Shown here: positions 27,396-37,025 of the stretch, one piece after another
Numbering within the stretch: the first letter of the stretch is position 1
How the letters are laid out: the number at the start of each line of letters is the position of its first letter
Notes under the pieces: model-generated
The model's input: only the letters and a program-made list of their open reading frames with translations
What the model was told of the DNA's origin: nothing
Database searches by the model: none
Position numbers and translations under genes: made by a program
Assembly: GCA_964590155.1 (NCBI GenBank)
Contig: CAZPWC010000001.1
Coordinates: 9,651-73,650 of the forward strand
Length of the DNA: 64,000 nt
Reading direction: 5' to 3'
DNA from: an uncultured archaeon
GTDB taxonomy: Archaea; Iainarchaeota; Iainarchaeia; Iainarchaeales; JAAZKV01

Positions 27396-28549
27396 TTGCA
27401 GGCATAATTATAGGAACAATACTTGGAATAATCGCAGGACTAATGCCAGGACTACACACAAATAACATAGCTCTAATGCTTATACTTCTGCCAATCGCTG
27501 ATGAAGAGCTTGTTACAATTATCTTAACACTTGCAATAGTGCAAACTTTTGTCGAATTCATTCCAGCAACTTTTCTTGGCGCACCCACAGCAAACACCTT
27601 TGAGGGAGTGCTTCCCGCACACAAAATGTTTTTGGAAGGAAAAGCCCTTGAAGCAATAATGCTATCAATTTACGGGGGGATAATAGGAACTGTATTAAGT
27701 GTTTTTTTAGCGCCACTATTTTTTTTATTTATAGAAAAAAACTCAAAAGAAATAATTCTTGTAACCCCGTTAATATTAATATTCGCGATAATAATTATGG
27801 TAAATAGTGAAAATACCGCCAGAAAGAAAGTTATTGCATTACTAATTGTTATTGGAGCGGCAACACAAGGAATGTTTTTTAAGGATCAATTATTTCCACT
27901 AATAACAGGATATTTTGGATTAGCTACTTTGCTTTATTCTTTGAAAGAAAAAAACAAATATGTCAAGCAAGAAGAAAAGATAAATGTTAAATGTAATTAC
28001 TTACAAACAGGGATAGGCGCTTTTGGGGGAACGATAGTAGCTTTAATGCCTGGAATAGGAACTAATACCGCGGCGGGAATAATAAGAACATTTCAAAACA
28101 AAATTAACGGGAAAGATTATTTATCAATGATAGGAGCCATAAATATTTCAAATTTCTTTTTTGGATACGCTGCACTATTTGCATTAGGAAAAACAAGAAA
28201 CGGGGCAATGGTTGCAATGCAAAACAAAATTATGACAACCCAAGAACAGTTAATCTTTGGAATAATAATAATGATTATTGCTACAGGAATTGGAGCAATA
28301 TCAACAATAATCCTATCAAAAAAAGCAATTCACCTTTTCAATGAAAAAAGAACAATAACACTCACAAAAATAAGCATAATGATAATGATTCTTCTTGTAG
28401 GACTATTCAACGGAGCGACAGGAATAATTTGCCTTGTTTTCTCAACTTCCTTAGGATTAATAACAAACACACAAAAAGTGAAAAGAAGCCTTTGCATGTC
28501 AGCGCTAATCGTACCAACCCTGTTTTTCTATCTATTCATCCTGATTTAA
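27392..28549 (+). CDS. TctA-family (DUF112) membrane protein
   Basis: Repeated GLMPGLH and ALMPGIGTNTAAGII motifs. Confidence 0.45.
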   Translation: MIAGIIIGTILGIIAGLMPGLHTNNIALMLILLPIADEELVTIILTLAIVQTFVEFIPATFLGAPTANTFEGVLPAHKMFLEGKALEAIMLSIYGGIIGTVLSVFLAPLFFLFIEKNSKEIILVTPLILIFAIIIMVNSENTARKKVIALLIVIGAATQGMFFKDQLFPLITGYFGLATLLYSLKEKNKYVKQEEKINVKCNYLQTGIGAFGGTIVALMPGIGTNTAAGIIRTFQNKINGKDYLSMIGAINISNFFFGYAALFALGKTRNGAMVAMQNKIMTTQEQLIFGIIIMIIATGIGAISTIILSKKAIHLFNEKRTITLTKISIMIMILLVGLFNGATGIICLVFSTSLGLITNTQKVKRSLCMSALIVPTLFFYLFILI

Positions 28550-28566
28550 TTTATGTGGACAAACTT

Positions 28567-28929
28567 ATGTGGACAATAAAAAAGATTCTTTTAGAAGAAA
28601 TTTGCATATCGGCAAAAAGATACTACCCTAAAGAATTCCTCTGCTTTCTTGGCGGAAGCAAAAAAGAAAAAAAAGCTGATGAAATAGTTCTTTTGCCAAA
28701 TACAAGCGGAAATGATTATGCAAGCATATTTGATACTGCAATACCAATTGACGACACTATTGTTGGAAGTGTTCACTCACACCCTAACAGTTACGCTTTA
28801 CCAAGCACAGCAGATAAAAAGTTTTTCCAACGATATGAAATAAATGCAATAATTGACGGGAGCTATGCTCCCCAAAAAGTTCGCTTTTTTGATAACAAAG
28901 GAAATGAGGTAAAAGTCGTTATAGAGTAG
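28567..28929 (+). CDS. JAMM/MPN+ metalloprotease domain protein
   Basis: JAMM motif GSVHSHPNSYALPSTAD. ATG at 28567, inside ORF-track entry 28429..28929. Confidence 0.65.
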   Translation: MWTIKKILLEEICISAKRYYPKEFLCFLGGSKKEKKADEIVLLPNTSGNDYASIFDTAIPIDDTIVGSVHSHPNSYALPSTADKKFFQRYEINAIIDGSYAPQKVRFFDNKGNEVKVVIE

Positions 28930-28979
28930 ATTAAAATCTTTAAGGCAAAATTAAAAAGCAGAAAAACAATTAATTAAAC

Positions 28980-29384
28980 ATGAAAACGGCTTTTAAAAAA
29001 GGGCAAATAAGCATTGACCTCATTATGATAATACTCGTTATTGTTGTTGCGCTTGGCGGATTAACAATGATTACAGCCAGCCTTTCCACAACGCAAGAAA
29101 AAATAAACATACACCAAGAACTTGAAAGAAGTGCGCTAAAAATATCAAACGCAATAATATACGCAAAAACACTTGACGGAACCACTTTTGAAATAATAAT
29201 AAATCTTCCAAAAATAAGGTACAAAAAACTGAGTGGAAATCAACTTGTTAGCGTAACTGAAAATGAAGTAACAATAACAGAAACAATTAGTGGAGAAAAT
29301 ATTACAGTCGTTGAAAAAACAAATAAACCTGATTGGATGCAAGTAACTACAACACAAACACAAGTGGTGATACAAAATGCGTAA
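28980..29384 (+). CDS. prepilin-like protein
   Basis: MKTAFKKGQISIDLIMIILVIVVALGG. Confidence 0.5.
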   Translation: MKTAFKKGQISIDLIMIILVIVVALGGLTMITASLSTTQEKINIHQELERSALKISNAIIYAKTLDGTTFEIIINLPKIRYKKLSGNQLVSVTENEVTITETISGENITVVEKTNKPDWMQVTTTQTQVVIQNA

Positions 29385-29871
29385 AGGCCAGATATTTTCC
29401 ATAGATTTTCTTATAGCAATGATAATAGTAGTACTAATCATTGGAACATTTGTTTTAATTGTTGAAAAGAAGAATTTTGATGCACGAGAGAATTTTGAAG
29501 CAACAAAACTAGAACAAAAATTGGGAGCGGCTGTCTTTGCCCTCATCAACACTAATTATTCGTGCGAAGCGGAAGGATCTAAAATCATGTACAGCATCGA
29601 TAAGGAAAAAGTACTGGCTGAAAAAGACACGCTAAAAGAAAAACTTGGAATGATGGATTATAGCCTGCAAATAAAATTAATTGGCACAGGAGAAACAGAA
29701 ATATTAAATGAAGACGAAACAGGACGAAATATTTATGTTATTGATTTTGATATAATGGTTTGCGAAAACAGCAGTGGGATAGATCTTAATGATACTTTTT
29801 ATTGTTCTAACGGAACGTGTGAAAATGGAAATTTGAAGAAAGAAAAACTAATTATTGGGGCGAGGAAATGA
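29377..29871 (+). CDS. prepilin-like protein
   Basis: MRKGQIFSIDFLIAMIIVVLIIGTF; overlaps its neighbours by 4-8 nt. Confidence 0.5.
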   Translation: MRKGQIFSIDFLIAMIIVVLIIGTFVLIVEKKNFDARENFEATKLEQKLGAAVFALINTNYSCEAEGSKIMYSIDKEKVLAEKDTLKEKLGMMDYSLQIKLIGTGETEILNEDETGRNIYVIDFDIMVCENSSGIDLNDTFYCSNGTCENGNLKKEKLIIGARK

Positions 29872-30134
29872 AAAAAGGAGTAATTTTCACAATAGAGGCC
29901 ATAATTGCACTTACGGCAATAATTATTTTGATAGGGGCCCTTGCGAATACCCCTACAGAAAAACTTGAAGACCTCACTAAAACAAAAGTAATAATACAAG
30001 CAGGAACAGCACTAAATTTAGGGGAAAGTTATATACTGCCAGAAAAACAAAATTATTACTGCCTAACAACAATGGATTATGATCTTCAAACTAAAGAATA
30101 CATCCAAAGAAGTGCATGTGGTGGTTTTGAATGA
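29868..30134 (+). CDS. prepilin-like protein
   Basis: MKKGVIFTIEAIIALTAIIILIGALA. Confidence 0.5.
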   Translation: MKKGVIFTIEAIIALTAIIILIGALANTPTEKLEDLTKTKVIIQAGTALNLGESYILPEKQNYYCLTTMDYDLQTKEYIQRSACGGFE

Positions 30135-30550
30135 AAGGATTTATTGAAATAATTGTAATAGGGCTTATCGTAACTGGCGCGCTAATTTTGCTTGCAACAA
30201 ATTCTGCAATAGCTGAAGAAAATAATCCCGGGCAAGAAATAGCGGAAACAGCATTTTTCATAAATGCATTTGAAAAAACAATAACAAAATCAGCTACTGA
30301 TTGCATTTGGGAAACTACAGAAGCGCTAAATTTGTGCATTATGCAAAAATCAACAGAAATAATGCAAGAACTAAGTAATGAAAAAATAAACTGCACTGTA
30401 GAAATAACAACAATTGACCTCACTACAGCCCCAAAAAATGCTGAACTTAAATACGCTTGCGAAACAAATAATCTTGATGGAAAAAATACCCAAGTAAGTG
30501 TTTCAAAGCAAATAACGCTAAAAGATATTACTCCCATAGAAAGTCCCTAA
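30131..30550 (+). CDS. prepilin-like protein
   Basis: MKGFIEIIVIGLIVTGALILLA. Confidence 0.45.
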   Translation: MKGFIEIIVIGLIVTGALILLATNSAIAEENNPGQEIAETAFFINAFEKTITKSATDCIWETTEALNLCIMQKSTEIMQELSNEKINCTVEITTIDLTTAPKNAELKYACETNNLDGKNTQVSVSKQITLKDITPIESP

Positions 30551-30601
30551 CTTGAGGACGCAAAAGGATGTTTTTTAATAATTCGCAAAGAGGATTCATT
30601 T

Positions 30602-32398
30602 ATGATATCAAAAAAACGAATAGCGGTAATAGAGTACGAAAGCTGCAACCCACAAAAATGCGGGAACTACTTATGCGAAAAAGTGTGTCCCGTAAATAGA
30701 GCTGGGAAAAAGTGCATAATTCATGAAGAAGGACAAAAACCACTAATTTCGGAAGAACAATGCATTGGCTGCGTAATATGCGAAAATAAGTGCCCCTTTG
30801 AAGCAATAAACATAATTAACTTGTCAATAGATCTAAAGGACCCACTGCATTCATTTGGAAAAAATGCTTTTAGAATATACGGATTGCCAACCCCGAAGAA
30901 CAGTTCTGTCGTTGGACTTGTGGGGAGAAACGGAATAGGAAAAACAACAATAATAAAAATACTTTCAGGAAACATTGTGCCCAATTTTGGAGAAGAAAAA
31001 GCAAAAAAACCCGAAGGAAAAACAAATGATGTTTCAGAAAAAACAAGCGCAGAACAAAAAGTAATTAATTATTACAAAGGAAAACAAGAACAGGACTATT
31101 TCAAACAACTTTACGGAGAAGGGATTAAGCTTTCAATAAAACCACAAAACATTGAAGGGATAAACGTTTCTGGAAAAGTAAAGGACCTATTAAAAAAAGT
31201 TGATGAAAAAGGAAAACTTGAAGAAATTGCAAAAGAACTAAATATTGAAAACATACTTGAAAGAGACGCTACACAATTATCTGGAGGAGAATTCCAAAAA
31301 CTTGCTGTGGCCGCAGCAGGACTAAAAGAAGCTGATGTTTACTTTTTTGATGAACCAAGTTCTTTCCTTGACATAAAAGAAAGACTTAGAGTAGCTAAAT
31401 TTATAAAAAAACTTTCTGAAAAAGCAGCCGTGCTAGTTATAGAACACGACTTAATATTAATGGATTTTTTGAGTGATTATGTTCATTTAATGTATGGAAA
31501 ACCAAGAGTTTACGGGACAAGTTCGCAAATAAAAACAACAAGAGAAGGGATAAATGATTACTTGGAAGGATTTTCAAAAGATGAAAATTATAGATTTAGA
31601 GACTATGAAATTAATTTTTATTCTTCAATAAGAACGGAAAGTAAAGGAAAAAGAGACAAACTAGTGCAGTGGCCAGTTATGAGCAAAAAATTAGGGGACT
31701 TTGAAGTAGAAATACAAGAAAATAATATAGTAAAAAATGAAGTTGTTAGTATTGTCGGACCAAATGGAATAGGAAAAACAACTTTTATGAAAATACTTGC
31801 AGGCGAATTAAAACCTGACAACAATGAACTGCAACAAAAAGTGAAGATATCTTACAAACCCCAATACATATCATACACTGGAGAAAAAACTGCGCAAGAA
31901 CTATTTGAAGACACTTACAGTGAAGAAGTAAAACAGAATTTTATAAAACCGCTAGAACTGGAACAATTAATGGAGAAGAAAGTAAAAACTTTTTCAGGAG
32001 GAGAATTACAAAGATTATCAATAGCATTATGCTTGAGCAAAAAAGCTGACCTGTACTTGCTTGATGAACCATCAGCTTATCTTGATGTAGAGCAAAGACT
32101 TGCTGTAGGAAAAGTCATACGAAGCCATGTTGAAGTAAAAAACTGCTCAGCAATAGTAATTGATCATGATTTAACATTTGTTGATTATATAAGTGATAAA
32201 GTAATGGTGTTTGAAGGAGAACCCACAAAACGAGGAAAAAGTTATGGCCCTTTTGATGTTAACGACGGAATGAATAAATTATTGAAGTACTTAGATATTA
32301 CTGTGCGCAGAGACAAAGACACAAAGCGACCAAGAATAAACAAACACGACTCAGTACTTGACAGAGAGCAAAAAAAAGAAAACAAGTATTATGAATAA
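30602..32398 (+). CDS. abcE1: ABCE1 / RNase L inhibitor ribosome-recycling ATPase
   Basis: N-terminal 4Fe-4S CIGCVICENKCP; two ABC cassettes GRNGIGKTT and GPNGIGKTT; signatures LSGGEFQ and FSGGELQ. Confidence 0.9.
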   Translation: MISKKRIAVIEYESCNPQKCGNYLCEKVCPVNRAGKKCIIHEEGQKPLISEEQCIGCVICENKCPFEAINIINLSIDLKDPLHSFGKNAFRIYGLPTPKNSSVVGLVGRNGIGKTTIIKILSGNIVPNFGEEKAKKPEGKTNDVSEKTSAEQKVINYYKGKQEQDYFKQLYGEGIKLSIKPQNIEGINVSGKVKDLLKKVDEKGKLEEIAKELNIENILERDATQLSGGEFQKLAVAAAGLKEADVYFFDEPSSFLDIKERLRVAKFIKKLSEKAAVLVIEHDLILMDFLSDYVHLMYGKPRVYGTSSQIKTTREGINDYLEGFSKDENYRFRDYEINFYSSIRTESKGKRDKLVQWPVMSKKLGDFEVEIQENNIVKNEVVSIVGPNGIGKTTFMKILAGELKPDNNELQQKVKISYKPQYISYTGEKTAQELFEDTYSEEVKQNFIKPLELEQLMEKKVKTFSGGELQRLSIALCLSKKADLYLLDEPSAYLDVEQRLAVGKVIRSHVEVKNCSAIVIDHDLTFVDYISDKVMVFEGEPTKRGKSYGPFDVNDGMNKLLKYLDITVRRDKDTKRPRINKHDSVLDREQKKENKYYE

Positions 32399-32425
32399 AT
32401 AAAAAATTGTAAAAAGGCGAGAAAA

Positions 32426-33460
32426 ATGAAGATATTAAAGATTGATAAAAGATTGAATGAGATTGCGCTCATTCCTGAGAATATTGATGATTTGTGGCAC
32501 TTAGAAAAGATAATCGAAAAAGGCGACATAGTCCACGGAAAAACTGATAGAAAAATAAAGCCAAAAACTGAAGGAGAAAAAGCGCAAAGGATAACTCTAT
32601 TTATTGAACTTGAAGTTGAAGAAGCCCACTTTCAAGAATTCAGCGCCAACTTAAGAATAAGCGGAATCATACTTTCAGGAAAACCTGAAGAATTTATTGA
32701 ACTAAAAAGCCACCAAAGTATTGACATAAGCGCCGGAGAAAGAATAAAAATAAAGAAAAATGAGATAAAACAATGGCAAATTGATAGAATTAAAAAGGCA
32801 GAAAAAGAAAGCTCTGCGGCGGGACTACTTGTTGTTTTGTTAGATGACGAACAAGCTGACTTGGCTTTTGTCAACCAATTTTCTGTAATAAAAAAAGCAA
32901 CAATAAAAGCAAATAGAAGAGGAAAACGTTACACTGAAGAAAAAAGTGATTATTTTGATAACATACTAGATAAAACAACACAATTGGCACCCAAAAAAAT
33001 ATTGATTGCAGGACCGGGATTTACAAAAGAAAACTTCAAGAAGTTTTATGAAGAAAAAAAACAAAAAGGAATGCCAACAGCGCTAATTGAAACAACAAGC
33101 GAAATAAACGAAACAGGATTTAAAGAGCTAATTTCACAAGGAAAATTATCTTCACTTGAAAAAGAACTACAAATAACGCAAGAAAGCAAACTCATAGAAA
33201 GCTTTTTAGCTGCGCTATCAAAAGGAAAAGCGGATTATGGAAAAGATAAGATAGTAGAAGAAATAAACTCGGGGGCTGTTGATAAAATACTCATAAGCGA
33301 AACAACACTAATGCAGGAAAGAAAAGAAACAGAAAAAATAATGGACCTTGCAGAAAAAACTGGTTGCGAGACACACGTTATCTCTTCAAAAAACCCACAA
33401 GAAAAAGTAATTCACAACTTCGGCGGGATAGTGGCAATGCTGCGATACAAAGTTGAATAG
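32426..33460 (+). CDS. pelA: Pelota/Dom34 mRNA surveillance factor
   Basis: MKILKIDKRLNEIALIPENIDDLWHLEKII; eRF1-like C-terminus GGIVAMLRY. Adjacent to ABCE1. Confidence 0.85.
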   Translation: MKILKIDKRLNEIALIPENIDDLWHLEKIIEKGDIVHGKTDRKIKPKTEGEKAQRITLFIELEVEEAHFQEFSANLRISGIILSGKPEEFIELKSHQSIDISAGERIKIKKNEIKQWQIDRIKKAEKESSAAGLLVVLLDDEQADLAFVNQFSVIKKATIKANRRGKRYTEEKSDYFDNILDKTTQLAPKKILIAGPGFTKENFKKFYEEKKQKGMPTALIETTSEINETGFKELISQGKLSSLEKELQITQESKLIESFLAALSKGKADYGKDKIVEEINSGAVDKILISETTLMQERKETEKIMDLAEKTGCETHVISSKNPQEKVIHNFGGIVAMLRYKVE

Positions 33461-33473
33461 AAAAATAATAATT

Positions 33474-33539
33474 TTGAGGATTGTTAATACTCTTAAGAAT
33501 GGTTAATACTTTTGAGAGTTGTTAATACTTTTAAAAATT
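33474..33539. repeat. ~19-nt tandem repeat x3.3 (core GTTAATACT) between convergent genes
   Basis: ttgaggattgttaatactc / ttaagaatggttaatactt / ttgagagttgttaatactt / ttaaaaatt. Confidence 0.6.
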
Positions 33540-33897
33540 ATTCAGCCCTTAACTCAAACCATTCCACTTTCTTTTTTTCAATTAATTCACGAACCTTTTT
33601 TTGAGCTTCATTTAAATGACTCTTATTTGTCTTAAACTCCACAAAAACAATTTTTTCATCCTCAAAAGAAATTCCGTCAATTGGTTTTCCAATAAAACGA
33701 AAATTTTGTGAATTATAAGGAAACTTTTTTGAAAAAGGAATCCATTGTTCTGTGAGCTGACCATATTTAACACTCTGAGAAGCTTTTGAAAAACGCAAAT
33801 CCTCAAAAGCTTTTTCCAAAGAAAACATCTTTTTTGCAATTAAAAAGATAATAATAATTAGAAGAATAATCACAATTGATAAAACTAATTCAAGCAT
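33538..33897 (-). CDS. membrane-anchored PD-(D/E)xK nuclease-fold protein (tentative)
   Basis: N-terminal TM; GKPIDGISFEDEKIVFVEFK resembles a PD..D/ExK core. Confidence 0.35.
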   Translation of the reverse strand: MLELVLSIVIILLIIIIFLIAKKMFSLEKAFEDLRFSKASQSVKYGQLTEQWIPFSKKFPYNSQNFRFIGKPIDGISFEDEKIVFVEFKTNKSHLNEAQKKVRELIEKKKVEWFELRAE

Positions 33898-33951
33898 AAA
33901 CCACTAATCAAAAACAAGTACTTAAACCTTACATAAGCGAAGTGCCAACAG

Positions 33952-35535
33952 CTAAATCTTTTTTGAAACAAAAGGCTCATCTGTTTTGTAACCAAAATTC
34001 TTTCTATAATACTCACGCACACCAAGACCAGAAATAACTGCAATTTTATTTGCATCAAACCTCTCTTTTGCTATCCTTTCAGCTTCCTGCATCAATTCTT
34101 TTCCAAACCCTCTATGCTGGGTGCTAAGAGAATCTTTTCCGCCAAGAGAAAGAGCTTTACCATAAACATGCAACTCGCGAATTAGAGCAGTACGTGAAGA
34201 AATGTTTTTTAGGAAAGGATTTGCAGGGTTACGCAAACGAACAAAACCAAATAAAGAATCTTCTGATTCAAGAGAAATAAATGCTTCTTCCCCTTTAGAA
34301 GCTTCATAAAATTCACTATGCATTTTTGCTTTAGAAAAGTCAATTTCTTTTGAACGAGATTGCAAACCCGCTTCTCTACACCTAATACAATTACACTTCA
34401 AACCGTGTTTTTCCATACTTGCTTGAACTGTTTGGCGAAGATTTGTTTTAGTTATTCCTGCAGAAATAATATCCCCAGGAATATCTCTATTAACGCGCAT
34501 AATTCGAACCCACTTAGGCACAACTGATTTTACTTCCAAAAGAACTTTCACTGCCTGCTTTTCTGTTATTGGAACAAAATTACCTTTTTTCCAATCATCA
34601 TAAAGAGGAGAATTTTTCATCACAAGACAAGGGTAAAACTTGACCATGTCCGGCTTAAAGGAAGAATCAGAAAAAATCTTCTTAAAATTTTTTATATCTT
34701 TTCTTGGATTGCTTCCAGGCAAACCCGGCATTAAGTGGTATAAGACCTTCAAAGCAGAATCCTTTAGTTTTTCAGTCGAGCGAGCAACATCCAAAACAGA
34801 GTGACCGCGCTTGATTATTTTATAAATTTCATCATCAGGATTTTGAACACCCAACTCAACTCGTGTCCCGCCTAAATAAAGCATTCTTCGAACTGCCTCT
34901 TTTGAACACAAATCTGGACGCGTCTCAAAAGTAATTCCAACAATTCGTCTCTTTGATACTTCAGCAACTTTTTTTGACTTACTAAATGAAGAAGAATTTT
35001 TTTCATTAACAGCATCAATTGCCAATTTAACTATGCGCTCCTGCTCACTTTCTTTTAATGCAGTAAAAGAACTTCCCTGGAAAATTAACTCAATCTTCTC
35101 AGCTTTATGACCAGTAAGATCAAGTTGAGCGATTCTATTTGAAACAATTTTGAAAGGATCATAATTCAATCTTTGAGCACGCAAAGTTGAAGGCTCAAAA
35201 CCAGTGTATGATTTTGGGGCAATCTTTCCTTCAAAAGAGGAAGGACAATAAGTACATTCCCCAGGACAAGGAAAAGGGGGCAGCATGACCGCAACAACTT
35301 GAACACCCGAAAGACTTCTTGTCGGCTTAATTGACAATAACTCAACCATCTTTTTTGAGGGCTTTTTTGTGCAAGACAAAACAAAAGGGTGCGAAGGCAT
35401 CTCTGCGAGGCGAAAGTGCTTGCTCCAAAAAAAAGAACGCTCATCAAGATCCTTATGAGAAACTATTTTTTTGGAACGAATCTCTAAAAGAATTCTTTTT
35501 GCAAACTTAGTGTATAATGGTTCGATCGAAGACAT
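33952..35535 (-). CDS. elp3: Elp3-family radical-SAM/GNAT tRNA uridine(34) acetyltransferase
   Basis: Cys cluster CPGECTYCP; C-terminal GNAT QHRGFGKELMQEAERIAKE. Confidence 0.8.
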   Translation of the reverse strand: MSSIEPLYTKFAKRILLEIRSKKIVSHKDLDERSFFWSKHFRLAEMPSHPFVLSCTKKPSKKMVELLSIKPTRSLSGVQVVAVMLPPFPCPGECTYCPSSFEGKIAPKSYTGFEPSTLRAQRLNYDPFKIVSNRIAQLDLTGHKAEKIELIFQGSSFTALKESEQERIVKLAIDAVNEKNSSSFSKSKKVAEVSKRRIVGITFETRPDLCSKEAVRRMLYLGGTRVELGVQNPDDEIYKIIKRGHSVLDVARSTEKLKDSALKVLYHLMPGLPGSNPRKDIKNFKKIFSDSSFKPDMVKFYPCLVMKNSPLYDDWKKGNFVPITEKQAVKVLLEVKSVVPKWVRIMRVNRDIPGDIISAGITKTNLRQTVQASMEKHGLKCNCIRCREAGLQSRSKEIDFSKAKMHSEFYEASKGEEAFISLESEDSLFGFVRLRNPANPFLKNISSRTALIRELHVYGKALSLGGKDSLSTQHRGFGKELMQEAERIAKERFDANKIAVISGLGVREYYRKNFGYKTDEPFVSKKI

Positions 35536-35544
35536 AAGAATTAA

Positions 35545-36327
35545 TTAAAAGAAAAAGCTGAAAAACCCGCTTATCAGATAATTTGGAATCAAAGAAAAAG
35601 AATAAAAAGGCAAACCAAAAAACACTGATTCTAATTTTCCTTTAATACTAGGCAGGGCATTAACTTTCAAAGAAGCTGTTTTTGATTCACCCGAACTTCC
35701 AAAAACAATAGTTGAATTAAATACTTTTTCGCCCTGAACGCGAGGAATAATACTAAAGTAAAAAGTCTTTGTTGAACGCTTAGGCACAATTACAGAAACA
35801 TCTTTAAATTCAGAAACAAACTCATTCGTTTTCCAATACCAAGGCAGTTGAGGAACAATGCTAAAAGATTCATTTGAATAAGAATTATTCACCAAAGTAA
35901 CTTTGTAAGAAGACTCTTTACCAACTTCTGAAGAAGAGGAATAATTATCAAAAGAAGCATCCATTAACCCTTTTTGCACAGAAAAATAAACTGAAACGTT
36001 CTCATCTAACAAAGGACCTGAAAGCTGTAATGACAAGGGATAATCTGTTAGTGAAACTGTTTTAGGAACCTTAATAAAAACTTTAAATGATTCTTGCTCG
36101 TTCTTTAAAGAAATTTCAAAACTTGCTGGAAGTTCTGATAAAATATTCAAAGAATCAAATTTATCAAAATCTTTTGTAATAATTAACTCAAGAGTTGAAC
36201 CTGGACTAACTGCCCCCACAAAATCATTATCCACAAGCTCTTTGTTAATTGGGTCAACCAGACGAACGGAAAACGCGGTCTGAAGCAAAAGCAAAACTAA
36301 CAACAAAGACAACGCTTTTTTAAACAT
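35545..36327 (-). CDS. secreted/surface protein, unknown
   Basis: Signal peptide MFKKALSLLLVLLLLQTAFS. Confidence 0.3.
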   Translation of the reverse strand: MFKKALSLLLVLLLLQTAFSVRLVDPINKELVDNDFVGAVSPGSTLELIITKDFDKFDSLNILSELPASFEISLKNEQESFKVFIKVPKTVSLTDYPLSLQLSGPLLDENVSVYFSVQKGLMDASFDNYSSSSEVGKESSYKVTLVNNSYSNESFSIVPQLPWYWKTNEFVSEFKDVSVIVPKRSTKTFYFSIIPRVQGEKVFNSTIVFGSSGESKTASLKVNALPSIKGKLESVFFGLPFYSFSLIPNYLISGFFSFFF

Positions 36328-36398
36328 ACTAATTCAAACTAAATAGGTAGCAGAACAAATAAAAAGGTTGTTTTAAGCAAGAAAATAAATGTAAAGGA

Positions 36399-37025
36399 AT
36401 GAATTTTATGGACAAAAAAACCACAAAAACAAGGCAAAGTGAGGAACAAACAAGGTTTAACATGACAAAAACACACCACAAAGAAACTTTCTTAAAAGCA
36501 AAAAAAGACGGAAAAGTGGACAAAGATTTTATTCCCTTCTGTGAATATATACTAAAAACAAAAAACTACTTTACCAGTAGCTGTTGCGCAGGAAGAATCT
36601 CACTAGTTGGACTAAATGAAAACGAAGAAAAAAAAGAAAGCGCATTTCATAGAAAATGGCACAGAAAGGTAACTTATAACGAAATAAAAGAAGGAGTGCA
36701 ATCATACAACGGGCACATCTTGTGGTTTAAGCAAGAACCTCTAATATTACACTTAGGAACAAACACATTAGAAAACGCAAAAAAAATATTAGAAGTGTGC
36801 GAAAAGGCAGGAGTTAAAAGAGCAGGAATAAAAGTTGCAAAAAAAGGAAAACTAATTTTGGAAATACTAGGTACCCACAACATCAATGCGCCAATAAAAG
36901 AAAACAAATTTTGTGTAGAAGAAAAATACTTAAAATACTTGGTAAAAAAAGCTAATGAAAAGTTTGAGAAAAACCAAGAAATGCTAAAAAAACTTGAAAA
37001 ACAAGTAAAAAAAGAATTGAAATAA
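36399..37025 (+). CDS. taw3: tRNA wybutosine-synthesising protein 3 (TYW3/Taw3) homolog
   Basis: SSCCAGRISLVG matches the TYW3 (S/T)xSSC(S/A)GR motif. Confidence 0.6.
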   Translation: MNFMDKKTTKTRQSEEQTRFNMTKTHHKETFLKAKKDGKVDKDFIPFCEYILKTKNYFTSSCCAGRISLVGLNENEEKKESAFHRKWHRKVTYNEIKEGVQSYNGHILWFKQEPLILHLGTNTLENAKKILEVCEKAGVKRAGIKVAKKGKLILEILGTHNINAPIKENKFCVEEKYLKYLVKKANEKFEKNQEMLKKLEKQVKKELK

